Source: Candidatus Dojkabacteria bacterium
GTDB taxonomy: Bacteria; Patescibacteriota; Dojkabacteria; J137
Length of the DNA: 49,557 nucleotides
Reading direction: 5' to 3'
Assembly (NCBI GenBank): GCA_039929105.1
Contig: JBDSRX010000076.1
Location: forward strand, 1 to 49,557
Below the pieces are notes generated by a model. The model worked only from the letters and a program-made list of their open reading frames with translations, had not been told where the DNA came from and ran no database searches. The translations under genes and the position numbers were made by a program. Shown here piece by piece: positions 1-6,404 of the stretch (positions are counted from its first letter, which is position 1; each line of letters begins with the position of its first letter).

Positions 1-1212
1 AGACTTCCCTCAGCAAATAGTATTAAAGATAGAATTTTTGATATTTATGGCAAAAATACAGCCGAAAGCTTGTTCGAAGAAGTACATTTTGATGGTAAAT
101 CGTATCAAATAACAGGGCTTTTTTGCAAGCCAGAGCTAGCTAAGAAAGTCTCAACTATTCAGTACATATCTATGAATGGTAGATCTATATCCAGTAAGGT
201 TATTAGTGCTGCAGTAAGCCAAGCTTTCCAAGGGTTTATACACAAGGAGTTAAAGCCACATTACTTCATATTCATACACATGGACCCATCAATGGTTGAT
301 GTAAATGTACACCCTAGAAAGCTCGAAGTGAGGTTCGAAAATCAAGACGAAATCTTTAGAAGCGTCTTTAAACTAGCAAGAAGTGCGCTCGAAAATAATA
401 CAAAGCTAAACAATGAGATAAAAAGAGAGGAGGAGATAGTAAGCGAACCAATCCGTGAAAACTATACCCCTGTTGGGAGTAGAGGTTTTAGTTATTCTAC
501 AAAAGAGAAGATTTCTTATTCTTCTACAACATCTAAATCTACAGTTAACGATGTAATGAATTTTTCACAGTTTGTAACGAGTGGAACACCAACAGAGTAT
601 AAGACTTCTGAAGTTGAAGAAGTGCAGAACTTTAAACCTTTTCAAGTATTAAGTACTTATATTGTTTTCGAATCTGATAGCAGAGTAGTCTTTATTGACC
701 AACATGCCGCTGCAGAGAAGATTCTCTTTGAGAAGATATTATTTAGCTCTAATAACATTAAAACTAAACCGTTATTAGTACCCGAAGTCGTGGAACTACG
801 AGCAGAAGAGAAAGAATTAATACTACATCGTGCAGAAGATTTAAAAAAAATCGGAATAGGTGTTGAGGACTTTGGAGGTAAAGATATTCAGATTACAGAA
901 GTTCCTGAAGATATAGAACATTTAAATGCTAGGAATTATATCGATGCAATAATTCATAATGAGGATGATTTTTCGAGCTTAGCGCATGATTACGCTGGAG
1001 TTTCTCTTCCAACCGAGCTTTACTACCTTGTAGCCCTTACTGCTTGCCATGGTAGTATTAGAGCAGGGCAAAAATTAAATGAAGCCGAGATGCTTCAGAT
1101 TATTAATGATCTACCAAAGTTAAAAAATCCACAGAGTTGCCCACATGGTAGACCAATAAGATGGATTCTAAATAAAAGTGATATTGAAAAAAACTTTAAA
1201 AGAATAGTCTGA
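1..1212 (+). CDS. mutL: DNA mismatch repair protein MutL, C-terminal part (5' end lies upstream of the window)
   Basis: Frame 1 is open from nt 1 (RLPSANSIKDRIFDIYGKNTAESL...) into the listed ORF. The C-terminal motifs DQHAAAEKILFE (DQHAx2Ex4E endonuclease motif), ACHGSIRAG and CPHGRP are readable. Confidence 0.9.
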   Translation, partial: RLPSANSIKDRIFDIYGKNTAESLFEEVHFDGKSYQITGLFCKPELAKKVSTIQYISMNGRSISSKVISAAVSQAFQGFIHKELKPHYFIFIHMDPSMVDVNVHPRKLEVRFENQDEIFRSVFKLARSALENNTKLNNEIKREEEIVSEPIRENYTPVGSRGFSYSTKEKISYSSTTSKSTVNDVMNFSQFVTSGTPTEYKTSEVEEVQNFKPFQVLSTYIVFESDSRVVFIDQHAAAEKILFEKILFSSNNIKTKPLLVPEVVELRAEEKELILHRAEDLKKIGIGVEDFGGKDIQITEVPEDIEHLNARNYIDAIIHNEDDFSSLAHDYAGVSLPTELYYLVALTACHGSIRAGQKLNEAEMLQIINDLPKLKNPQSCPHGRPIRWILNKSDIEKNFKRIV

Positions 1213-1297
1213 GAAAATAGATATTGGATACAAGATATTAGAGTTATTAAATATCTGATGAACCAGTATCCCTTATCTTTTATCTAGTATATAAATT

Positions 1298-1828
1298 ATG
1301 AAAGACGCTTCAAAATTAACAATTGGAAGTATTATCGTAGCCGTAGTTATCGGTTTATTATCTTGCTTCTCATTTATTAAATTAGTAGTTTTACAACCTG
1401 AGGGTTTAACACCAGTTAATCCAACTAGTATAGAAATAAACACTGGTTCTTTATTAAGAAAAACTAACGATGGAGAAAGACTTAATCTTAAATATAACCA
1501 GCAGAGCATTAGTGCAATTATTGCGAGGTCTCCCGCAAAACAAGAGCGTGGTCTAATGAATGTGACAAGTATGCCCTCAAATGAAGGGATGCTTTTTGTC
1601 TTTGATGATCTTAAACCAAGAACTTTCTGGATGAAAAGTACTTTAATAAGCTTAGATATTATTTATTTAGATGAAAATCTAAAAGTTGTTAATCTTTACG
1701 ACCATACTGCACCTAACCAAACTACAGTTGTTTATCCTTCTCAAGTACCAGCTGCTTATGTTCTAGAATTAAACGGTGGGGCGGCCAAGACACTAGGCTT
1801 AAGCATCGGAGATAGCCTATCTATATAA
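1298..1828 (+). CDS. DUF192-family protein with N-terminal membrane anchor
   Basis: GMLFVFDD...FWMKSTLISLDIIYLDENLKVV...AAYVLELNGG pattern typical of DUF192. Hydrophobic N-terminus IGSIIVAVVIGLLSCFSF. Confidence 0.7.
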   Translation: MKDASKLTIGSIIVAVVIGLLSCFSFIKLVVLQPEGLTPVNPTSIEINTGSLLRKTNDGERLNLKYNQQSISAIIARSPAKQERGLMNVTSMPSNEGMLFVFDDLKPRTFWMKSTLISLDIIYLDENLKVVNLYDHTAPNQTTVVYPSQVPAAYVLELNGGAAKTLGLSIGDSLSI

Positions 1829-1887
1829 GGTAATGAAGCGTGTGTACAAATTAACTGTACAAGTATAGGAAAATAGAATAAATATTG

Positions 1888-1915
1888 TTGACATTTATTC
1901 CAATTGTTTTATAAT
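1888..1915 (+). promoter_or_regulatory. sigma70-like promoter (TTGACA, 16-nt spacer, TATAAT)
   Basis: TTGACA at 1888-1893 and TATAAT at 1910-1915, read directly from the sequence. Confidence 0.5.
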
Positions 1916-1971
1916 AAGTATGTAAAGTTAAGCAATTAGCTTTATAGGTAAAAATAGTTAAAAGTGCAGTG

Positions 1972-1997
1972 AAAAATCCCGAGCAATCGGGATTTTT
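1972..1997 (+). terminator. intrinsic terminator hairpin AAAAATCCCGA-GCAA-TCGGGATTTTT
   Basis: Perfect stem ATCCCGA/TCGGGAT with flanking A and T runs. The same module recurs at 5888-5915. Confidence 0.6.
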
Positions 1998-2026
1998 CAT
2001 TTCTATAGTCAAATTTCGACCCTCAG

Positions 2027-2035
2027 TGATATAAT
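2027..2035 (+). promoter_or_regulatory. extended -10 element TGATATAAT upstream of clpP
   Basis: GTGATATAAT read at 2026-2035. The identical 10-mer occurs at 26367-26376. Confidence 0.45.
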
Positions 2036-2133
2036 CGATTGATAATCTTAGTAAGCGAAGCGAACATTAGATTATCATCATCCCGATGCGAAGCTATCGG
2101 GACCTGTACAATATATTATCTAAATATAAATTT

Positions 2134-2712
2134 ATGAGCTATATAGTACCAACAGTTATAGAGAATACAAGCAGAGGAGAAAGAGCATACGATATCTACT
2201 CAAGGCTTCTAAAAGAGAGAATAGTTTTTGTTTCCGGAGAAATAGATGACGGAATGGCAAACAGCGTTATTGCACAGCTATTATTCTTACAGAAAGAAGA
2301 TCCAAAGAAAGATATTACTATGTATATTAATAGCCCAGGAGGACACGTTCAATCTGGATTAGCTATTATCGATACAATGAACCATATTAAGTGTGATGTC
2401 TCTACAGTTGTTGTAGGATGGGCAGCTTCTATGGGTGCCGTTATATTAGCAAATGGAAAGAAAGGAAAGAGATTCTCATTAAAGAATGCAGATATTATGC
2501 TTCACCAACCATTAGGAGGTGCTCAAGGACAGGCAACTGATATTGAGATTACAGCAAAACATATTATTAAGATTAGAAATAACCTCTATCAAAACTTAGC
2601 CGAAATAACTGGTAAGTCTAAAGAGAAAATCGAGAAAGACTTTGATAGAGACTATTGGTTAGATGCAAAAGAAGCAGTTGAATACGGAATTATTGATAAA
2701 ATTGTAGATTAA
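2134..2712 (+). CDS. clpP: ATP-dependent Clp protease proteolytic subunit
   Basis: [22 protein letters not shown] (catalytic Ser context) and MLHQPLGG (His context). Start placed at ATG 2134 ([10 protein letters not shown]), a typical ClpP N-terminus; the ORF-track start at 2086 is not excluded. Confidence 0.93.
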   Translation: MSYIVPTVIENTSRGERAYDIYSRLLKERIVFVSGEIDDGMANSVIAQLLFLQKEDPKKDITMYINSPGGHVQSGLAIIDTMNHIKCDVSTVVVGWAASMGAVILANGKKGKRFSLKNADIMLHQPLGGAQGQATDIEITAKHIIKIRNNLYQNLAEITGKSKEKIEKDFDRDYWLDAKEAVEYGIIDKIVD

Positions 2713-2718
2713 TAGACA

Positions 2719-2749
2719 GAAGAGGGTTTCATGACCCTCTTTCTTTTTA
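2719..2749 (+). terminator. intrinsic terminator after clpP
   Basis: AGAGGG-TTTCATGA-CCCTCT hairpin followed by TTCTTTTT. Confidence 0.7.
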
Positions 2750-2764
2750 TTCTTGATGATTCAG

Positions 2765-2776
2765 TTAGGTTATAAT
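2765..2776 (+). promoter_or_regulatory. -10-like box TTAGGTTATAAT upstream of tRNA-Val (exact second copy at 2913-2924)
   Basis: The exact 12-mer occurs on both sides of the tRNA gene. No convincing -35 was seen. Confidence 0.35.
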
Positions 2777-2839
2777 TAGAATGGAGAAAGTTGACACGAG
2801 CAGTTTGCTCGTCCTCTCAAGGCGGATAAACTGATATTA

Positions 2840-2912
2840 GAGCGCTTAGCTCAGCTGGTAGAGCATCTCGTTGACGTCGAGGAGGTCGTAGGTTCGAACC
2901 CTACAGCGCTCA
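2840..2912 (+). tRNA. tRNA-Val (anticodon GAC), CCA not encoded
   Basis: Manual cloverleaf: acceptor GAGCGCT/AGCGCTC, D arm GCTC-AGCTGGTA-GAGC, anticodon arm TCTCG-TTGACGT-CGAGG, T arm GTAGG-TTCGAAC-CCTAC, discriminator A. Confidence 0.9.
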
Positions 2913-2925
2913 TTAGGTTATAATA

Positions 2926-3008
2926 AAGGAGCCTGTCCTGAGCGAGCCGAAGGATGGGTAAGGTCACAGAGCTTGCCCTGAGCAGCGAAGCGTATCGAGG
3001 GGATCCTG
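2926..3008. repeat. GC-rich repeat modules (CCTGAGCGAGCCGAAGGATGG and CCCTGAGCAGCGAAGCGTATCGAGGGGATC) in the thrS-like leader
   Basis: Near-identical modules at 5838-5868 and 15328-15360. Confidence 0.7.
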
Positions 3009-3089
3009 TACTGCTCAATAAAGCAATGATTTTACAAACGAAGTGAAGTACAACCGAACGGTGGCTCATTAAATTTAAATTAAAAGACT

Positions 3090-4631
3090 ATGAACTATTA
3101 TTCAACAATAACAGACGACGTAAAGCACTCAGCAGCTCATATATTAGCCATGGCTGTAAGCGAAGTATTTCCAGGAGTCAGAATAGGAATTGGTCCAGTT
3201 ACAAAAACTGGCTTTTACTACGACTTTGAAATATCCGAAGAACTAACACCAGATATTGTTTCACAGATCCTAGAGAAAACAAAGGAGATAGAAAAGGAGA
3301 ACTTACCATTTAGACAAATTCTATTAAACAGACAAGCAGCACAAAACATGCTTATGCAAAAGGGACAGGCTTACAAAGCTGAGCTTTTAAATATGATCCC
3401 AGACGATGAAGTTAGCTTCTATAAGACTGGAGAAACATTTGTAGACTTATGTAGAGGTCCTCATGTTAATTCAACTTCCGAAGTAGGACCTATTATAATT
3501 ACCAAGATTGAAGATGTGCATTGGAACGAAGATCCTGCAAGACCAATTCTAAAAAGAATACATGGAATGACATTTAGGAATGAGAATGAGATTGGGGAGT
3601 ATCAAAGTATGCAAAAGCAAAAAGAAGAGAGAGACTTTATGAAGATCTCTATTCAAGATGGTTACTTTGCTAAGAACAATAATAAAGTTCTTACTATTAC
3701 AGATAAAGGAGCTTTAGTAATGGATAGATTTAGAAAAGCTATCTATAAATATGTTTTAACAGACGAATCTATTGAACTACCACTTTTCTTTGTGCCAAAG
3801 AGTGCGGAGGAGATTAGTATTGCTGCAGATATAGCTGCTTTAACAAACCCAAGAAGCAAACAAGAATACCCACTCGAAATGTTCATATTTACTCAATGTG
3901 TAAACTTAAAAGTAAAAGATACAAAACAACCATCTAGTAACGTATTCTTCTTTAAGAACTATCAAACAGATTCTGGATTAGTTTTAGGTTTAGAGAAGGT
4001 AGAGCATATTATAAAAACACTTTTAATTGATAATTCTAGTCTTTATATAGACTTAGAGTATAAAGATTCAGAAGATCCATTATTTAACTCAATCTCTAAG
4101 ATCTTACAAAAGAATTTAATCTCTCATACAAAACTTATTTCTACAGATAGAGAAGAAATTACTTTAAAAATTAAAGCTAAAGACTCTTTAGAGAGAGAAT
4201 GGGATATTGCTACCGTAAAAGTTTATAACAAAGCATTCACAACTAGTACAGGAGTAGAAGTCCATATGATTGAGTACTTTGTGAATTTACTAAATCTGAT
4301 GGCATATCACCTAGAGGATACTAATGGGGAATTAACTAGAGATACATCGGCTTACGAGCTAATTATTGTTCCTCTAAAAAAGAAACATATGACTTATGCT
4401 CTTGATTTTAAGAAGAAAGTGAATGCAGAAGGCTATTCCGCTAAAGTGTTATTTACTACAAAGAGTTTAAATAACAGAATTAAGATTGCCGAAAATTCTA
4501 ACGCAAGAGTGATTGCTATTATTGGAGACAATGAGATAGAAAATGGTACAATAAATGCGAGAATAAACAAAAATAACCACGGTTTAATGAAAATAGAAGA
4601 TTTATTCAAATACCTGTTAAAAGGTAAGTAA
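3090..4631 (+). CDS. threonyl-tRNA synthetase-like protein: editing (SAD) domain, degenerate class II core, anticodon-binding domain; no TGS domain
   Basis: HSAAHILAMAV and DLCRGPH (ThrRS editing-site motifs). C-terminal YELIIVPLKKKH...VIAIIGDNEIENGTINAR (HGTP anticodon-binding domain pattern). The central region aligns loosely with ThrRS, but the catalytic motifs are not recognisable. Sits in the canonical position upstream of infC-rpmI-rplT. Confidence 0.75.
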   Translation: MNYYSTITDDVKHSAAHILAMAVSEVFPGVRIGIGPVTKTGFYYDFEISEELTPDIVSQILEKTKEIEKENLPFRQILLNRQAAQNMLMQKGQAYKAELLNMIPDDEVSFYKTGETFVDLCRGPHVNSTSEVGPIIITKIEDVHWNEDPARPILKRIHGMTFRNENEIGEYQSMQKQKEERDFMKISIQDGYFAKNNNKVLTITDKGALVMDRFRKAIYKYVLTDESIELPLFFVPKSAEEISIAADIAALTNPRSKQEYPLEMFIFTQCVNLKVKDTKQPSSNVFFFKNYQTDSGLVLGLEKVEHIIKTLLIDNSSLYIDLEYKDSEDPLFNSISKILQKNLISHTKLISTDREEITLKIKAKDSLEREWDIATVKVYNKAFTTSTGVEVHMIEYFVNLLNLMAYHLEDTNGELTRDTSAYELIIVPLKKKHMTYALDFKKKVNAEGYSAKVLFTTKSLNNRIKIAENSNARVIAIIGDNEIENGTINARINKNNHGLMKIEDLFKYLLKGK

Positions 4632-4790
4632 TCTCCTTTTCCTATTGAGATAGTGGCAAAAATTTGATAAAATCTCTTTTGTTTAGTTAGAACTACCCAA
4701 ACTATAAAGATAGTAAGAAAGAATAAAAAATATAATAGTAATAATAATGCACCAGTCGTAAAGATAGAAGCTAATGAGAATATCAAAGCT

Positions 4791-5249
4791 TTGAGATTGA
4801 TGGTTATTGATGAGAATGGAGAAAACCTTGGTGAGATGGACAAGATAGACGCTCTAAACCTAGCTAAAAGCAAGGAATTAGACCTAATTGTAGTATCTTC
4901 AAGAACAGATGGAGTAAGCGTTGTGAAGATTGGAGACATTGCTAAATCTAAATACGAGAAGACAAAGAAGTTAAGAAAGAATAAAGGAAAAGCTTCTGAA
5001 ATGAAAGAGTGGTGGTTTAAACCTCAAATTCAAGAAAGAGACTTAGAGATAAGATTAGAGAAGATTAGAAAGTTTTTGACTAAAGGAGGCACTGCAAAAC
5101 TAACTGTAAAGTTTGTTAAGAAAACAATGCCAGAGCAAATGAATATAACAATGAGATCAATTCAAGAGAAAATAGCTGTCTTTGCAAAACCTATATCAGA
5201 AGTAGCAAGAGAAGGCAGAAATCAAAGTATAATAATTAAAGCACTATAA
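4791..5249 (+). CDS. infC: translation initiation factor IF-3 (true start probably upstream at a non-canonical codon; frame open back to 4671)
   Basis: LMVIDENGENLGEM...LDLIVVS...VVKIGDIAKSKYE pattern. The conserved N-terminal-type segment ANENIKALRL lies upstream of the TTG used by the ORF track. Confidence 0.85.
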   Translation: MRLMVIDENGENLGEMDKIDALNLAKSKELDLIVVSSRTDGVSVVKIGDIAKSKYEKTKKLRKNKGKASEMKEWWFKPQIQERDLEIRLEKIRKFLTKGGTAKLTVKFVKKTMPEQMNITMRSIQEKIAVFAKPISEVAREGRNQSIIIKAL

Positions 5250-5250
5250 A

Positions 5251-5460
5251 ATGAAGAAATATAAATTAAAAACTCATAAATCAACAGCTAAGAGATTTAA
5301 AATCACTGGCACAGGAAAAGTTAAAAGAGCTGCTCAACAAATGAGAAACAACGCACATAGAAAGAATAAGTCTTCTGCACAAAGAAAGATAAATCCTGAG
5401 GCTATGGTAATTACTGCAAAAGGAAATGTTAAGAAGATTAAGAGATTATTACACATATAA
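5251..5460 (+). CDS. rpmI: 50S ribosomal protein L35
   Basis: MKKYKLKTHKSTAKRFKITGTGKVKR pattern and position between infC and rplT. Confidence 0.9.
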   Translation: MKKYKLKTHKSTAKRFKITGTGKVKRAAQQMRNNAHRKNKSSAQRKINPEAMVITAKGNVKKIKRLLHI

Positions 5461-5478
5461 AAATATTAAATTGTAAAT

Positions 5479-5823
5479 ATGAGAGTTAAAAGAGGACTAA
5501 CAAAATCTAGAAGACATAAGAGTGTCCTAAAGCTTGCAAAAGGCTACAGAATGACATATTCAAAGTCTTACAGAAGAGCAAAACAATTGCTTTTACATTC
5601 AGGACAATATGAATACGCTCACAGAAGAAGAAGATCTTCTCAATTTAGAACAGAGTGGATTAAAGTTATTTCTGCTAGTTTAACAGAACATAATGTTAGC
5701 TACAGCAAGTTTATTAATCTATTAAACAAACATAACGTTACAATAGATAGAAAGAACTTAGCAGAATTAGCAGTTCACAACCCAGAAAGCTTTAACTCAA
5801 TTGTAAAATCAGTTACTGCATAG
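5479..5823 (+). CDS. rplT: 50S ribosomal protein L20
   Basis: MRVKRGLTKSRRHKSVLKLAKGYR...YAHRRRR pattern. Confidence 0.93.
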   Translation: MRVKRGLTKSRRHKSVLKLAKGYRMTYSKSYRRAKQLLLHSGQYEYAHRRRRSSQFRTEWIKVISASLTEHNVSYSKFINLLNKHNVTIDRKNLAELAVHNPESFNSIVKSVTA

Positions 5824-6290
5824 GTCATTGCGAGGATAGCCTGCCCTGAGCGAAGTCGAAGGATGGCAATCTCATTAATATGAATTTAAAATCCCGAGCA
5901 ATCGGGATTTTTTTTGTCATTGCGAGGAATGAATTGACGAAGCAATCCCGTAAGTTTATGGTGACATTTGATCGTAACTCAGCATTACGTGAAGGTGGTG
6001 CAGCCTCGATGCACGATGAGTTCCTATAGGAACGAAGAGATGCAGATAGGTTCTCTTTGAGTACCACCTAATTGTCATTGCGAGTGAAGCGAAGCAATCT
6101 CATAACGTTTAATGTCTAATATCTAAAGAGTTTTAAGTTTAATTGTTTGGGATTGCCACGTCGTCCTTGGCGGACTCCTCGCAATGACATCACATTATTA
6201 TGTCATTCCGACCGACTCTGAGCGTAACCGAAGGGAGTGGAGGAATCACCCTACACAGAGCGATATCCCCTGGACTTCGCTCGGGGATGA
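5824..6290. repeat. cluster of at least 6 GC-rich hairpin repeat units of the GTCAT-hairpin-ATC family, including a 115-bp MITE-like unit (6074-6188) with terminal inverted repeats GTCATTGCGAG/CTCGCAATGAC
   Basis: Units start at 5824, 5916, 6074 and 6202. Inverted units end at 6188 and 6290. The cluster fills the convergent rplT/PBP intergenic region. Confidence 0.8.
5888..5915 (+). terminator. intrinsic terminator after rplT (AAAATCCCGA-GCAA-TCGGGATTTTTTTT)
   Basis: Perfect hairpin plus a T8 run. Same core as 1972-1997. Confidence 0.75.
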
Positions 6291-6352
6291 TTAATAGGAC
6301 GTAGCACGGCCTCGATCTAACTATAAATGAGGATCAAAATCCAGCCATAAGA

Positions 6353-6376
6353 AATCCCACCTTTAACAGTGGGATT
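6353..6376 (-). terminator. hairpin downstream of the PBP gene (ATCCCAC-N8-GTGGGAT)
   Basis: 7-bp perfect stem about 30 nt after the stop. The U-tract is weak. Confidence 0.4.
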
Positions 6377-6404
6377 ATACTTAATTAATACAGCCAAGAA
6401 GGCC

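Noticed and set aside
2851-3069. 72-aa minus-strand ORF overlapping tRNA-Val and the downstream spacer
   Set aside because: It runs antisense through the tRNA gene and through the GC-rich repeat modules. Repeats of this family keep frames open by composition. There is no independent support for coding.
4433-4939. 168-aa minus-strand ORF spanning the thrS-like 3' end and the infC 5' end
   Set aside because: It is antisense to two well-supported genes, has low-complexity hydrophobic or Leu/Phe/Ile-rich composition typical of antisense frames in AT-rich DNA, and shows no motif.
5825-6067. 80-aa minus-strand ORF in the rplT/PBP intergenic region
   Set aside because: It lies entirely within the GTCAT-hairpin repeat cluster and across the rplT terminator, so it is a translation artefact of the repeats.
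5993-6069. 77-nt cloverleaf as a tRNA gene
   Set aside because: The 7-bp acceptor-like stem is present, but the 'anticodon' loop is 4 nt, the D arm starts at position 8 with no GG, and there is no TTCGA T-loop.
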